Part shown: piece after piece, positions 18,685-27,787 of the stretch
How the letters are laid out: each line of letters starts with the position of its first letter
Numbering within the stretch: position 1 is the first letter of the stretch
Assembly: GCA_964421085.1 (NCBI GenBank)
Contig: CAYQVO010000003.1
Span: 52,424-116,423 of the forward strand
DNA length: 64,000 nucleotides
Reading direction: 5' to 3'
Source of the DNA: an uncultured Bdellovibrionales bacterium
GTDB taxonomy: Bacteria > Bdellovibrionota_C > UBA2361 > CAYQVO01
Made by a program: the position numbers and the translations under genes
The notes under the pieces: model-generated
Database searches by the model: none
The model's input: only the letters and a program-made list of their open reading frames with translations
Told to the model about the DNA's origin: nothing

Positions 18685-20708
18685 GATCGGCGCTTCTGAA
18701 AATGCTCAAATACGGCCATGCCGCCTCTGTAATCTGCAGGGGGAGCATGGCCGACAATAGTTGCAGCCTCCTGCGTCACCAGGGATATGGCCTCGGAAAC
18801 GGAATCGAGATATGGAAGCAGCTCATCAATATCGCGGGGAAATATTAAAGGCATGAATGAAGGGTCGAAAAGCGTTTCAAAGTACCGCTCTTCCAGCAAC
18901 GATATCGCTTCAGCGTACGCTCCGACACGAACAAGAGTCAGAAAGGTTTGTCCGGAGATGTCGTAACGCCATGAGCATTTCAGCGGCAGTTCTTCCGCGA
19001 GCTTCAATGTATCCGAAGCTTTTTCGGGTTCGCCAAGCCTGAACTGCAGTTCGGCGATTCTTAAAAGCTGGTAAGAATAATATTCATTTACTTCCTCTGG
19101 CCTCCGGAATATGCCTCCGAGCGCTTCTTCTCTTATCCGTTCGCCAATCCTCCGGCATATGTTCAGACTTCTTTTTCTCAACTCTCCGATATCCATTCGG
19201 GCTTCCTCCGCGGAAAGCGACTCAAAGAGAGCAGTCTGGGCCAGAGCTGTAATCTCGAGACTTTCGGTATTCGCAGCTGTTTCCGCCGCCTCCTGGAAAA
19301 GAAGCGCAGCTCGATCGGCCCCCAGCGGTCTCGCTCCGGAAAAAGCTATCTGAGAAAGCACGTCCGCCCGGTAGTCCGGGTCTTCAATCTCCGCTGCCGT
19401 CGCGATTGCGCTCTCGAAATCATGATTCAACATGAATTCATATGCCTGCGCGACTTTCGACTGCCCCTCCGTGCGGCGGACATCTTCCCACGGGACGGCG
19501 ATTTCCCTCAGTTTCGCAACAGCCTCTTCGTGTCTTCCCTCTGCTTCCAGAACACGCGCCTCTGCAAGTTCGGGGGTCTTTGGGCTCACCTTTGCGCGTT
19601 CAACCGAATATGCCGTCCGGTTATCGCACTCGTAAGGCCCATCCCCAAGAACCGGCATGAGAAAAGAATCAAAGTCATCGAGACCTTGTGTTTTTTCAAG
19701 CTGGACAAACTCCTCCAGAGCCTTATCCATTGCCTCGACTGTTGCTGTCTCCCCGGTGTAATAAGGCCGTTTTTCAGGATCATCCGGGATTTCGCCGGCG
19801 AGATCGTCTCTCAGCCCCTTAAACCAGATGCCGGCATGTTCGCTCCCCATGTAGCGCGAAACACTTTCAAGAAGATGGGAAAAAACCTCCTTCTGTTCGG
19901 ATAAATCCTCGGGAACGGCTCTTGCGTGCGTCATAATCTGCTTTGTGAAGAAATCCGCCAGCGCCTCGAGCCTTTCCACGTCGGGCGCCTGATTAAAATC
20001 GAAGAGAATTCTCGATTGAAGTTGAGACATCATCCGCTCCTCACTAAGCGGAACTCTTCTCAGCGCAAAAGCTGCGGCTTCAAGCCTTTCCTTATCAGAG
20101 CCCTGTTTCAAGTCCTCTATAATATTCCGTAGAAGGCACTCCCTGTCTTCGTCGGTAATTTGCTCCAGAGCACTGTCAATACCGGCTTCAATCGCCTCCA
20201 GCGCGGGTGAATCCCTCCCGGATCGATCCATGTCTTTTTCCGCTTCACGCCGTTCAGGGTGAGCCTTAAGAACGCGCCCGAGGCCCATCGCAATTCCAGC
20301 AAGCTCTGCTGAAAAATGTCCTCGCAGTCTGAAATCTCCTATCTTCCCTGCCGCTATTGCTATCAGCGCAGCTTCTCCCCAGGCATTGCAGATTGCCGCA
20401 GTCCTTGCGATCCGAATTGTCTGATTCCGGAATTCCGCGGACATCTCACCCTCAAGCACCGGTGATATTGGCGAAACCATTATAGTATCTCGCTCCCCGG
20501 CTTTCATCTCCCACATATGCCGCGACTTCAGGTGCAGGATTACGGCTGCTCTTATACGGTTCCTTACAACGTCTTCAAATCCTGCGGGAATTCTCTTCTG
20601 CAGAGCCCATCTGTGCACTGGAGGAAGTAACGCATGCCCTCCCGCCTCACCCACAGAAGCGGATGCCGGTGCGGACAAAGGATCAGCGAGTGCCGGTTTA
20701 TCGAACAT
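18666..20708 (-). CDS. Hypothetical α-helical protein (680 aa), no family assigned
   Basis: Long ORF with an ATG start and no recognisable motifs. Its 3' end overlaps the convergent gene 17779..18684 by 19 bp. Codon usage is atypical, like its two neighbours. Confidence 0.55.
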   Translation of the reverse strand: MFDKPALADPLSAPASASVGEAGGHALLPPVHRWALQKRIPAGFEDVVRNRIRAAVILHLKSRHMWEMKAGERDTIMVSPISPVLEGEMSAEFRNQTIRIARTAAICNAWGEAALIAIAAGKIGDFRLRGHFSAELAGIAMGLGRVLKAHPERREAEKDMDRSGRDSPALEAIEAGIDSALEQITDEDRECLLRNIIEDLKQGSDKERLEAAAFALRRVPLSEERMMSQLQSRILFDFNQAPDVERLEALADFFTKQIMTHARAVPEDLSEQKEVFSHLLESVSRYMGSEHAGIWFKGLRDDLAGEIPDDPEKRPYYTGETATVEAMDKALEEFVQLEKTQGLDDFDSFLMPVLGDGPYECDNRTAYSVERAKVSPKTPELAEARVLEAEGRHEEAVAKLREIAVPWEDVRRTEGQSKVAQAYEFMLNHDFESAIATAAEIEDPDYRADVLSQIAFSGARPLGADRAALLFQEAAETAANTESLEITALAQTALFESLSAEEARMDIGELRKRSLNICRRIGERIREEALGGIFRRPEEVNEYYSYQLLRIAELQFRLGEPEKASDTLKLAEELPLKCSWRYDISGQTFLTLVRVGAYAEAISLLEERYFETLFDPSFMPLIFPRDIDELLPYLDSVSEAISLVTQEAATIVGHAPPADYRGGMAVFEHFQKRRSYLDPV

Positions 20709-20807
20709 GAAAAGAGCTTCCCCAAAAGTCTTTCACCGGTATTATCGCCTTTTTGGCGTCTTTGTTCATGAATCGGAGTGAAAATTCGGCGAAAATAGCA
20801 AAAATAC

Positions 20808-22472
20808 CTATTCTTCGGGGCCGGACAGACTCGAGGTTGTCCACGCCTTCCCGTCCCATGCGTCGCCCTGAATCGTGTAATCCTTCAACGGAGGCAGATG
20901 AGACGCATTCCAGTTGTCGTTCTTCCAGTGATAATTGAAAAAATGGCGTTCGCGCCGCTCATTGGGTTTGAGCGACCAGAGAGATCGTCCATGAGGAAAA
21001 GAAGTCACTGTGGCAGGAAGATCCGTCAGCATTGCAGGCGCCGTGCTTACCTCGAGCGCGGCCCCCTTCCGGCCGGCTTTTTTGACAAGAAGAAGCGGCA
21101 GGGCTTTGAATATATTGGCTCTGGTGTTTTCAATCTTGAAATACCTGAGAAAGAAACCGTGATCCCCGAAGATGAAAATATCGGACTGATCGTACACTCC
21201 CAGTCTCTTCAGCACATTCAGCACATCTTCCGCCAGACGCAGCGCGCACTGCGACTGCGCTCCAAAATCCCTCTGCGTCACACGATGATATTCAGTGGAG
21301 TAATTGCACTCCGGATCGAGTCTTACGGGCAGGTGGGGTATCATAAGATGGAAAAACTTGAACGAAGGAGGGCCCGGCTTAACCCTCGCATGTCGCTTCA
21401 GCGAATCAACAAACTCAAGGGTAGTCACATGCACGCTGGGCCCTTTTCGTTTTGAAAACCTCCGCTGGAGCCGCCAGCTCTGATCGTTGTAAATCCATCG
21501 CTTCAGTGTTCCGGGGGCACTTCTGAAAAGAACTACATCAAACAGCTTCGCCGCTTCCGCCTTCTCCGGTCCTGAAACATCCGCCGCGGCGGCAGCGTGC
21601 AGAGACGTGCATGTCGATGCCTTTATGCCGCTGCAGTACCGGGTCATGGTCGCCAAATCCACCTGATATCCCTGTTCGTGAAGGAGTGACGGCAGCGATC
21701 GCGGCAGTACGTCGTTGAAATACTCTTTGAGAGTGCGGACATTGTCGTATGCAACCCCTGAAAGAACAGCCGGGATGCTCGGAAGGGTGGTCGGAAAAGG
21801 CGACAGCGTATTCTTGAAAAAGGTGAAATCTCTGAAAATCCCGGCGTATTTGGGCTCTTTTCGCATTATCCGCCAAAAGGTCGGCGCTTCGAATGTGTCG
21901 AGGACTACAAAGACGACATTTTTTTCAGGCGAAAACCTGTAAAACTCATCAAGCCCTTTCAATTCCCGCGATGTTTTCCATGTTCCGGAGTATGAAAAAG
22001 CCGCCGCAGCGATGTTTACGCACTGAATGGCGGTGATCAAGGCGGTGACGGGAATGACGCTCTTTGCGACCCGCTTCGAGAACACAACACACCCCGCAAG
22101 GATCAAGCCCCAGACCACGTAATCCCGCCAGACGAGGGCGTTATATTGAGTCCAGTCAATCTCCTTCCCGTCGAACTGCCCGACTTTCCAGATAAAAAAA
22201 CTGCTCTGAAGGTAAAGGCAGATTCCGATGCCTGTAAGGAACGCAGCCGCATACCGGAAGATGATTGAAGGAAGGAGGTTTATTACAAGCGCAGCGCCAA
22301 TGGCCGCGGGAACGCCCCGGAGGATAATGTGCTCAAGCAGGTTGAGCGGTCCCCCCGCGAATTCATCGGCATTTGCGGTGTAAAGCAGGAACGGAATTAC
22401 CAGAAGAAGCTGGAATCCCGGCAGGAAAACGACTGCAAATGACGGCAAAATACGGCGAAGGAGGCTTTCCAT
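20808..22472 (-). CDS. Membrane-anchored sulfatase / LTA-synthase-family protein (alkaline-phosphatase superfamily; phosphoglycerol or phosphoethanolamine transferase-like)
   Basis: Multiple N-terminal TM helices are followed by a sulfatase domain with VVFVVLDTFEAPTF and IFIFGDHG metal-site motifs. Confidence 0.65.
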   Translation of the reverse strand: MESLLRRILPSFAVVFLPGFQLLLVIPFLLYTANADEFAGGPLNLLEHIILRGVPAAIGAALVINLLPSIIFRYAAAFLTGIGICLYLQSSFFIWKVGQFDGKEIDWTQYNALVWRDYVVWGLILAGCVVFSKRVAKSVIPVTALITAIQCVNIAAAAFSYSGTWKTSRELKGLDEFYRFSPEKNVVFVVLDTFEAPTFWRIMRKEPKYAGIFRDFTFFKNTLSPFPTTLPSIPAVLSGVAYDNVRTLKEYFNDVLPRSLPSLLHEQGYQVDLATMTRYCSGIKASTCTSLHAAAAADVSGPEKAEAAKLFDVVLFRSAPGTLKRWIYNDQSWRLQRRFSKRKGPSVHVTTLEFVDSLKRHARVKPGPPSFKFFHLMIPHLPVRLDPECNYSTEYHRVTQRDFGAQSQCALRLAEDVLNVLKRLGVYDQSDIFIFGDHGFFLRYFKIENTRANIFKALPLLLVKKAGRKGAALEVSTAPAMLTDLPATVTSFPHGRSLWSLKPNERRERHFFNYHWKNDNWNASHLPPLKDYTIQGDAWDGKAWTTSSLSGPEE

Positions 22473-22625
22473 TTGGAATTTATAGGGCGGTTTTATGTAA
22501 AATTCCAGCGGAAGTTGGTATATTTCCGTCTACCAGAGAGAACTCCGGATGACATGTGCCGCGCCGGAGCGACGCGCAGGCGCGCACTCATTCTGCGCCT
22601 CTGTGTCTCTGTGGCCGAAAAAACG

Positions 22626-25600
22626 ATGGTCGAACGAAACAAAAAAGGACGCATGAACACTACCACTATATTCAACGGAGAAACCGAAGTCTTCCTTGTA
22701 GAAAGCGAAGAGTCTCTGAACAAAGAACAGACAGCCCGCATTGAATGGATGCTGAACGCAAAGAAGCAGAGCGCCTCTTCCGTTCCAGGGCTGTTCGTCG
22801 GCCCGCGCAAAGAACTTGTTTCGCCCTGGTCCACAAATGCGGCCGAAATCGCAAAAAATATCGGCGTAAACGGTATCAGCCGCATCGAGCGCTTCGAGCG
22901 GATTGACGAGAAAGCAGCCGAAAAAATCGATCCCATGACCGAGGCGGTATACAGAGGCCTCACTGCCGCTTCTCTTGTCGTGGAGGGAGAACCGGAGAAG
23001 TCCTTTGCTGTTTCAGACATCGCCCGTTTCAATCAGGAAGCGGGACTCGCCCTTTCGACGGAAGAGATAGAGTATCTCCAGCGGACAAGCGCAGGCCTGG
23101 GACGTCCCCTCACAGATTCCGAGCTTTTCGGTTTTGCCCAGGTTAATTCTGAACACTGCAGACACAAGATATTCAACGGCACTTTCATAATTGACGGAAA
23201 GCAGCAGCCGAAAAGTCTCTTCGGCATGATCAAGGAAACGTCCGCGGCATCGGGAGAGAATCTCGTTTCTGCATACAAGGACAACGTTGCGTTCCTCAAA
23301 GGGCCGCGCATCTCGCAGTTTGCGCCGAAAAACCCGTCGAAGCCCGATTTCTTCGCGCTCGAGGATATTGGTTCAGTAATTTCCATAAAAGCTGAAACCC
23401 ACAATTTCCCGACGACAGTCGAGCCTTTCAGCGGGGCATCCACCGGAAGCGGAGGCGAAATCCGCGACCGCATGGCGGGCGGCAAGGGAAGCATTCCGCT
23501 GACAGGGGCCGCTGTTTACATGACCGCATACCCTCGTCTGGAAGGATCAACTGCGACCCGGTATCAGAACCGTCATGCTGCGCGCAAATGGAAATATCAG
23601 ACACCTGCCCAGATTCTCATCAAGGCGTCCAACGGCGCGTCGGATTTCGGAAACAAGTTCGGCCAGCCTGTTATAGTCGGTTCGCTTCTTACATACGAAG
23701 GCGAAACAGGCGGAGAGCTTTCCGCCTATGATCGCTGCATAATGCTCGCCGGCGGAGTGGGCTACGCAAATGAAAAGCATGCCATCAAGGAACATCCGAA
23801 GAAAGGCGACAAGATAGTCCTTCTTGGCGGCGATAATTACCGGATCGGAATGGCGGGCGGTTCCGTAAGCTCCGTGGGCGGCGGTCAGTATTCACAGGCA
23901 CTGGAGCTCAGCGCCGTTCAGCGCGCAAACGCGGAAATGCAGAAGCGAGTTTACAACGTAATCCGCGGTCTAATCGAACTCGGCGAGAACCCGATAAAAC
24001 TGGTGCACGATCACGGCGCCGGGGGCCACATGAACTGCCTCACCGAACTCGTGGAGCCCGCGGGAGGAAGGGTTTATATTGCCGCTCTTCCTGTCGGCGA
24101 CAAGACGCTTTCGGTCCGCGAAATCATCTCCAATGAATCGCAGGAGAGAATGGGTCTTGTCGTGTCGCCTGATGCTCTGCCGCTTGTTGAAGCGCTTTGC
24201 GAGCGCGAGCGTTCGCCGTTTTATGTAATCGGGGAAATCGATGGTTCGGGCGCCATCGTGTTCGAAGATAAGGACGGTTCGAAGCCTGTCGACCTCCCGC
24301 TCGAAATTCTTCTTGGAAGCTCCCCGAAATTGATCATCAAAGACGAGACAGTGGAGGTAAACCGCAGGCCCATCTCATTCGAGCCGAAAAGCGGTGAGGA
24401 TGTCGTAAAGACTCTCCGTGATGTGCTTTCGCTTGAAGGAGTCGCGTGTAAAGACTGGCTCACCAACAAAGTGGACAGGACCGTCACGGGCCTTATCGCG
24501 GCACAGCAGTGCGTCGGCCCCTTCCATCTTCCGCTTGGAAACGTGGGAGTTGTCGCGCTTGATTACTCAAGCGGGAAAGGCATAGCAAGCGCAATCGGCC
24601 ATGCGCCCGCTCCTGGACTTATCGACGCGCGCGCCGGTTCAATCCTTAGTCTTGCCGAAGCCCTCACGAATCTGATATGGGCGCCCCTGAAAAATGGACT
24701 GAGCACGGTGGCTCTCAGCGCAAACTGGATGTGGCCTGCAAAACAGAAAGGGGAAGACGCCCGCCTCTATCGCGCCGTCGAGGCCCTGTCGGAAACCGCA
24801 AAAGCTATCGGTATTCCGGTGCCCACGGGCAAAGATTCGCTCTCAATGACGCAGAGATATGACGATGGAGCGCAGGTTAACGCTCCTGGAACTGTGATTA
24901 TCACCGCCGTCGGAGAAGTGGAGGAGTTCAGAAAATGCGTCACTCCTGATCTGAAGCCCGTGGTGGAAAGCTCTCTGCTTTACGTAGACTTGAGCAGCCT
25001 TTCTTCGACCCCGCTTGGGGGAAGCGCGCTTTCTCAAGTGCTTTGCGAGCTCGGCAATGAGGCCCCGACAGTCGGCGACATCAGCCGTTTCAAGAAGGGG
25101 CTCGAAGCAGTTCAGCAGCTCATCAAGGAAGAAAAGATTCTGGCAGGACATGACGTGTCCGCAGGCGGTGTAATCACGGCCCTTTGCGAAATGGCATTCG
25201 CCGGAGATCTCGGAATCCGGATTAATGTCGAAGGAGTCTCCAATCCTGCTCACTTCCTTTTCTGCGAAAAGCCTGCAGTCATTCTTCAGGTTCCGGAAAA
25301 AGAGAAAAATTCGGTTTCCGAAATTTTCAGGAACTCCAATCTGGAAGTCCTGGAGTTCGGAAAACCCCAGGGCGCGCCTTCAATTGATGTTGCGGCAGGC
25401 GCGTTGTCGTTCTCCCAGTCTGTCGCTGAACTGAGAAAGGTGTGGTTCAAGCCTTCAATGCTTCTCGATTCCATGCAGACAAAGAACAACAAGGCGGCTG
25501 AAAGGTACGAAAATCTCGGCAAATACCCCCTCTCTTATGTTTTCCCGAAAGAATTTACGGGCAAAGCATCCGTCCTGGGTGTGGATCTCGAGCGCGGAAA

Positions 25601-26381
25601 GCCTTCAGGGATCAAGGCTGCGATAATCCGCGAGAAGGGCACAAATGGCGACCGCGAGATGGCGTTCTCGATGTATGCCGCGGGGTTCGACGTGAAGGAT
25701 GTCACTGTAAGCGATCTCATGGCAGGACGTGAGACTCTCGATGACATTAATTTCATAGTGTTCCCCGGCGGATTCTCCAACAGCGATGTGCTTGGCGCGG
25801 GAAAAGGGTGGGCAGGAGCTCTCAGATACAACGATACTGCCTACAGGGCAATCAAACGCTTCATGGAGCGGAAAGACACCCTTTCGCTTGGAGTGTGCAA
25901 CGGCTGCCAGCTGATGACTGCGCTCGATATGGTTTATCCTGAGCACTCGAACAAAATCGAAATGCGCCGGAACACGTCGTGCAAGTTCGAAAGCACCTTT
26001 ATCAATGTCGAAGTGCAGCGGACGAAGAGCGTTCTATTGAAGGATCTTGCCGGCTGCAGGCTCGGAATATGGATTGCTCACGGCGAGGGCCGTTTTCACC
26101 TTCCGGAAGGGGAGTCAGCATACGATATAGCCTTGAAGTTCACGACGGACGCCTATCCGGCGTGCCCGAACGGCGCCGATTTCAACGCGGCAGGAATTGT
26201 CTCTGCCGATGGAAGGCATCTTGCGATGATGCCTCATCTCGAGCGCTCATTCATGCCCTGGCAGTGGCCGTATTATCTGAGCGAAGACGCAAAAAAGGCC
26301 CATGAAGTAACTCCATGGGCCATTGCGTTTGCGAGCGCCTTTAACTGGGTTCGCGCGGCGAAGGGTGGCGAGGCGGGCTAA
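22626..26381 (+). CDS. purL: Phosphoribosylformylglycinamidine synthase, single-chain large form
   Basis: About 1250 aa with the FGAM synthetase domain order and a C-terminal glutaminase domain carrying LSLGVCNGCQLM (catalytic Cys) and IAHGEGRF. The start is uncertain: the track gives a TTG at 22473, and the candidate ATGs are 22626 and 22653. Confidence 0.9.
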   Translation: MVERNKKGRMNTTTIFNGETEVFLVESEESLNKEQTARIEWMLNAKKQSASSVPGLFVGPRKELVSPWSTNAAEIAKNIGVNGISRIERFERIDEKAAEKIDPMTEAVYRGLTAASLVVEGEPEKSFAVSDIARFNQEAGLALSTEEIEYLQRTSAGLGRPLTDSELFGFAQVNSEHCRHKIFNGTFIIDGKQQPKSLFGMIKETSAASGENLVSAYKDNVAFLKGPRISQFAPKNPSKPDFFALEDIGSVISIKAETHNFPTTVEPFSGASTGSGGEIRDRMAGGKGSIPLTGAAVYMTAYPRLEGSTATRYQNRHAARKWKYQTPAQILIKASNGASDFGNKFGQPVIVGSLLTYEGETGGELSAYDRCIMLAGGVGYANEKHAIKEHPKKGDKIVLLGGDNYRIGMAGGSVSSVGGGQYSQALELSAVQRANAEMQKRVYNVIRGLIELGENPIKLVHDHGAGGHMNCLTELVEPAGGRVYIAALPVGDKTLSVREIISNESQERMGLVVSPDALPLVEALCERERSPFYVIGEIDGSGAIVFEDKDGSKPVDLPLEILLGSSPKLIIKDETVEVNRRPISFEPKSGEDVVKTLRDVLSLEGVACKDWLTNKVDRTVTGLIAAQQCVGPFHLPLGNVGVVALDYSSGKGIASAIGHAPAPGLIDARAGSILSLAEALTNLIWAPLKNGLSTVALSANWMWPAKQKGEDARLYRAVEALSETAKAIGIPVPTGKDSLSMTQRYDDGAQVNAPGTVIITAVGEVEEFRKCVTPDLKPVVESSLLYVDLSSLSSTPLGGSALSQVLCELGNEAPTVGDISRFKKGLEAVQQLIKEEKILAGHDVSAGGVITALCEMAFAGDLGIRINVEGVSNPAHFLFCEKPAVILQVPEKEKNSVSEIFRNSNLEVLEFGKPQGAPSIDVAAGALSFSQSVAELRKVWFKPSMLLDSMQTKNNKAAERYENLGKYPLSYVFPKEFTGKASVLGVDLERGKPSGIKAAIIREKGTNGDREMAFSMYAAGFDVKDVTVSDLMAGRETLDDINFIVFPGGFSNSDVLGAGKGWAGALRYNDTAYRAIKRFMERKDTLSLGVCNGCQLMTALDMVYPEHSNKIEMRRNTSCKFESTFINVEVQRTKSVLLKDLAGCRLGIWIAHGEGRFHLPEGESAYDIALKFTTDAYPACPNGADFNAAGIVSADGRHLAMMPHLERSFMPWQWPYYLSEDAKKAHEVTPWAIAFASAFNWVRAAKGGEAG

Positions 26382-26941
26382 AACCCGAACCTCAATCCCA
26401 TCGTGTATGCCTGCGCTTCATGCTCGAGGAAGTCCGCGTTGAACAGCACGGCGACGGGATCGAATACTTTCACAAGCGCCCCGACAAAGAGCTCATTCAA
26501 ATTGTCATCATCCCTGTGGTTCCAGCGGTAGCCTCCGTTGAGCTCAAAACCGCATATCGGCTGCGAACGGAACTCGGGGCCTATGTAAAAACGGTTTTCG
26601 TTCTCGGTTCCCATCAGATCCACGTGCACCCGCTCGTAAATTCCGCCGAGTCTTCCGACAAGATGAAACTCGGGGATTACCGGATAATACCCGCCGATAC
26701 CATAGATGAAGCTGTTTACATTGGCGTGCTCGGCCGCATCGTAATTATACCCCAGCTCTCCGAAGAGATAATTTGCGGGCGAAATCGACAGGTGTGTCAC
26801 GAGTCCGTTGAAGTTTTCGCCGTGTTCAGGATCCGTCAGCCTGTAAGCGAGATCGAAAGTATTGTAGCTCATAATCGGATCGGCCTTGAGCCCCGAAAAC
26901 GGCATGAGAGCGAGTACGGCGATTATAAATAGCTTTTTCAT
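26378..26941 (-). CDS. Outer-membrane β-barrel protein (OmpW/OmpA-like small porin family)
   Basis: Signal peptide MKKLFIIAVLALMPFSGLKA, alternating amphipathic β-strand pattern, and a C-terminal aromatic residue (...GLRFGF). Its stop codon overlaps the purL stop by 4 bp. Confidence 0.6.
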   Translation of the reverse strand: MKKLFIIAVLALMPFSGLKADPIMSYNTFDLAYRLTDPEHGENFNGLVTHLSISPANYLFGELGYNYDAAEHANVNSFIYGIGGYYPVIPEFHLVGRLGGIYERVHVDLMGTENENRFYIGPEFRSQPICGFELNGGYRWNHRDDDNLNELFVGALVKVFDPVAVLFNADFLEHEAQAYTMGLRFGF

Positions 26942-27010
26942 AGAACCATCCCCCCGACGGAAAAATTACCTGCGTTCACGATGTCAAAGGAAACCGCCCG
27001 GGGCAAGACG

Positions 27011-27064
27011 AAAAAGGGGACGGTTCCTGTTTCCGCTGCGGAAACAGGAACCGTCCCCTTTTTC
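27011..27064. terminator. Intrinsic terminator: a 21-bp perfect inverted repeat flanked by an A5 and a T5 tract
   Basis: AAAAAGGGGACGGTTCCTGTTTCCGC-T-GCGGAAACAGGAACCGTCCCCTTTTTC lies immediately after the stop (27063..27065) of the minus-strand gene 27063..27719. It is symmetric and so potentially bidirectional. Confidence 0.65.
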
Positions 27065-27719
27065 AATTCACTTTCAGCAGTGTCGGATGCATGATTTGCG
27101 CTTTGCCGATTGAAAACCGCAATGGCATGCCGCGGTAAGTTCCATCTCTGAACGAAAGGCTTTGTCCCTCAATTGTCAGACGATCGCCCTCTTTTAGTGC
27201 GATGTTCCTCAGCTTTTCCGCTTCCGCTTCGCTCCCTCCGATCAGCGCCACCGCTTTGGAATGCTGATTCAGAAATGACGCGGGACACCTGCCCTTTTTC
27301 CTGTAGTCATTTTCCATCTTTATATAATCGTCCTCAGCCAGAAAAAAGACAAAAGACGATATAGCGCCTCCTTCAAGCCGCATTTTCGGCGTGTCTGAAT
27401 CCAGCACTCTGCCCGATACGCGAATCGGACCCTGTGCGCCGTAGGTAATGCTCGACTTTGAGCTGGAGATGGTTATGTCATTCCCCGCCACCTGGTAAAC
27501 GAGAGGCTCTTTGATCCCGAGCCAGTACCAGATCAACACCCCCGCGACAACCATCAATGAGAGCTGTATTGCAGTGCCGATCGGGACAATCGGTTCCCGG
27601 GGTTTCGGCCTGAATATCATTGATTTCCGGTCAATCGGCGCAGGGATTGCCTCCTTCGCGCATGCATCGCAGATTTTGTCCGGGTTTGGCGTCTGCTGAC
27701 CGCATCTCCAGCACTGCAT
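27063..27719 (-). CDS. Membrane protein with an N-terminal zinc-ribbon (CxxC...CxxC), one TM helix and an extracytoplasmic domain
   Basis: MQCWRCGQQTPNPDKICDAC, then the TM segment IQLSLMVVAGVLIWYWLGI. The start was moved to the ATG at 27719 (GGAGGT Shine-Dalgarno sequence) from the track's 27743. Confidence 0.45.
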   Translation of the reverse strand: MQCWRCGQQTPNPDKICDACAKEAIPAPIDRKSMIFRPKPREPIVPIGTAIQLSLMVVAGVLIWYWLGIKEPLVYQVAGNDITISSSKSSITYGAQGPIRVSGRVLDSDTPKMRLEGGAISSFVFFLAEDDYIKMENDYRKKGRCPASFLNQHSKAVALIGGSEAEAEKLRNIALKEGDRLTIEGQSLSFRDGTYRGMPLRFSIGKAQIMHPTLLKVN

Positions 27720-27787
27720 TCGGGAACCTCCGCGAAGAATCATCGGCGAAGAGCTTTGATTTCTGTAGAATCAGGGCCGATTTCTCC

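Noticed and set aside
22473-22652. Possible purine riboswitch or leader upstream of purL
   Set aside because: GC-rich inverted repeats are present (CGCGCAGGCGCGC), but none of the conserved purine-riboswitch junction sequences appear. This is probably just 5' UTR or an N-terminal extension.
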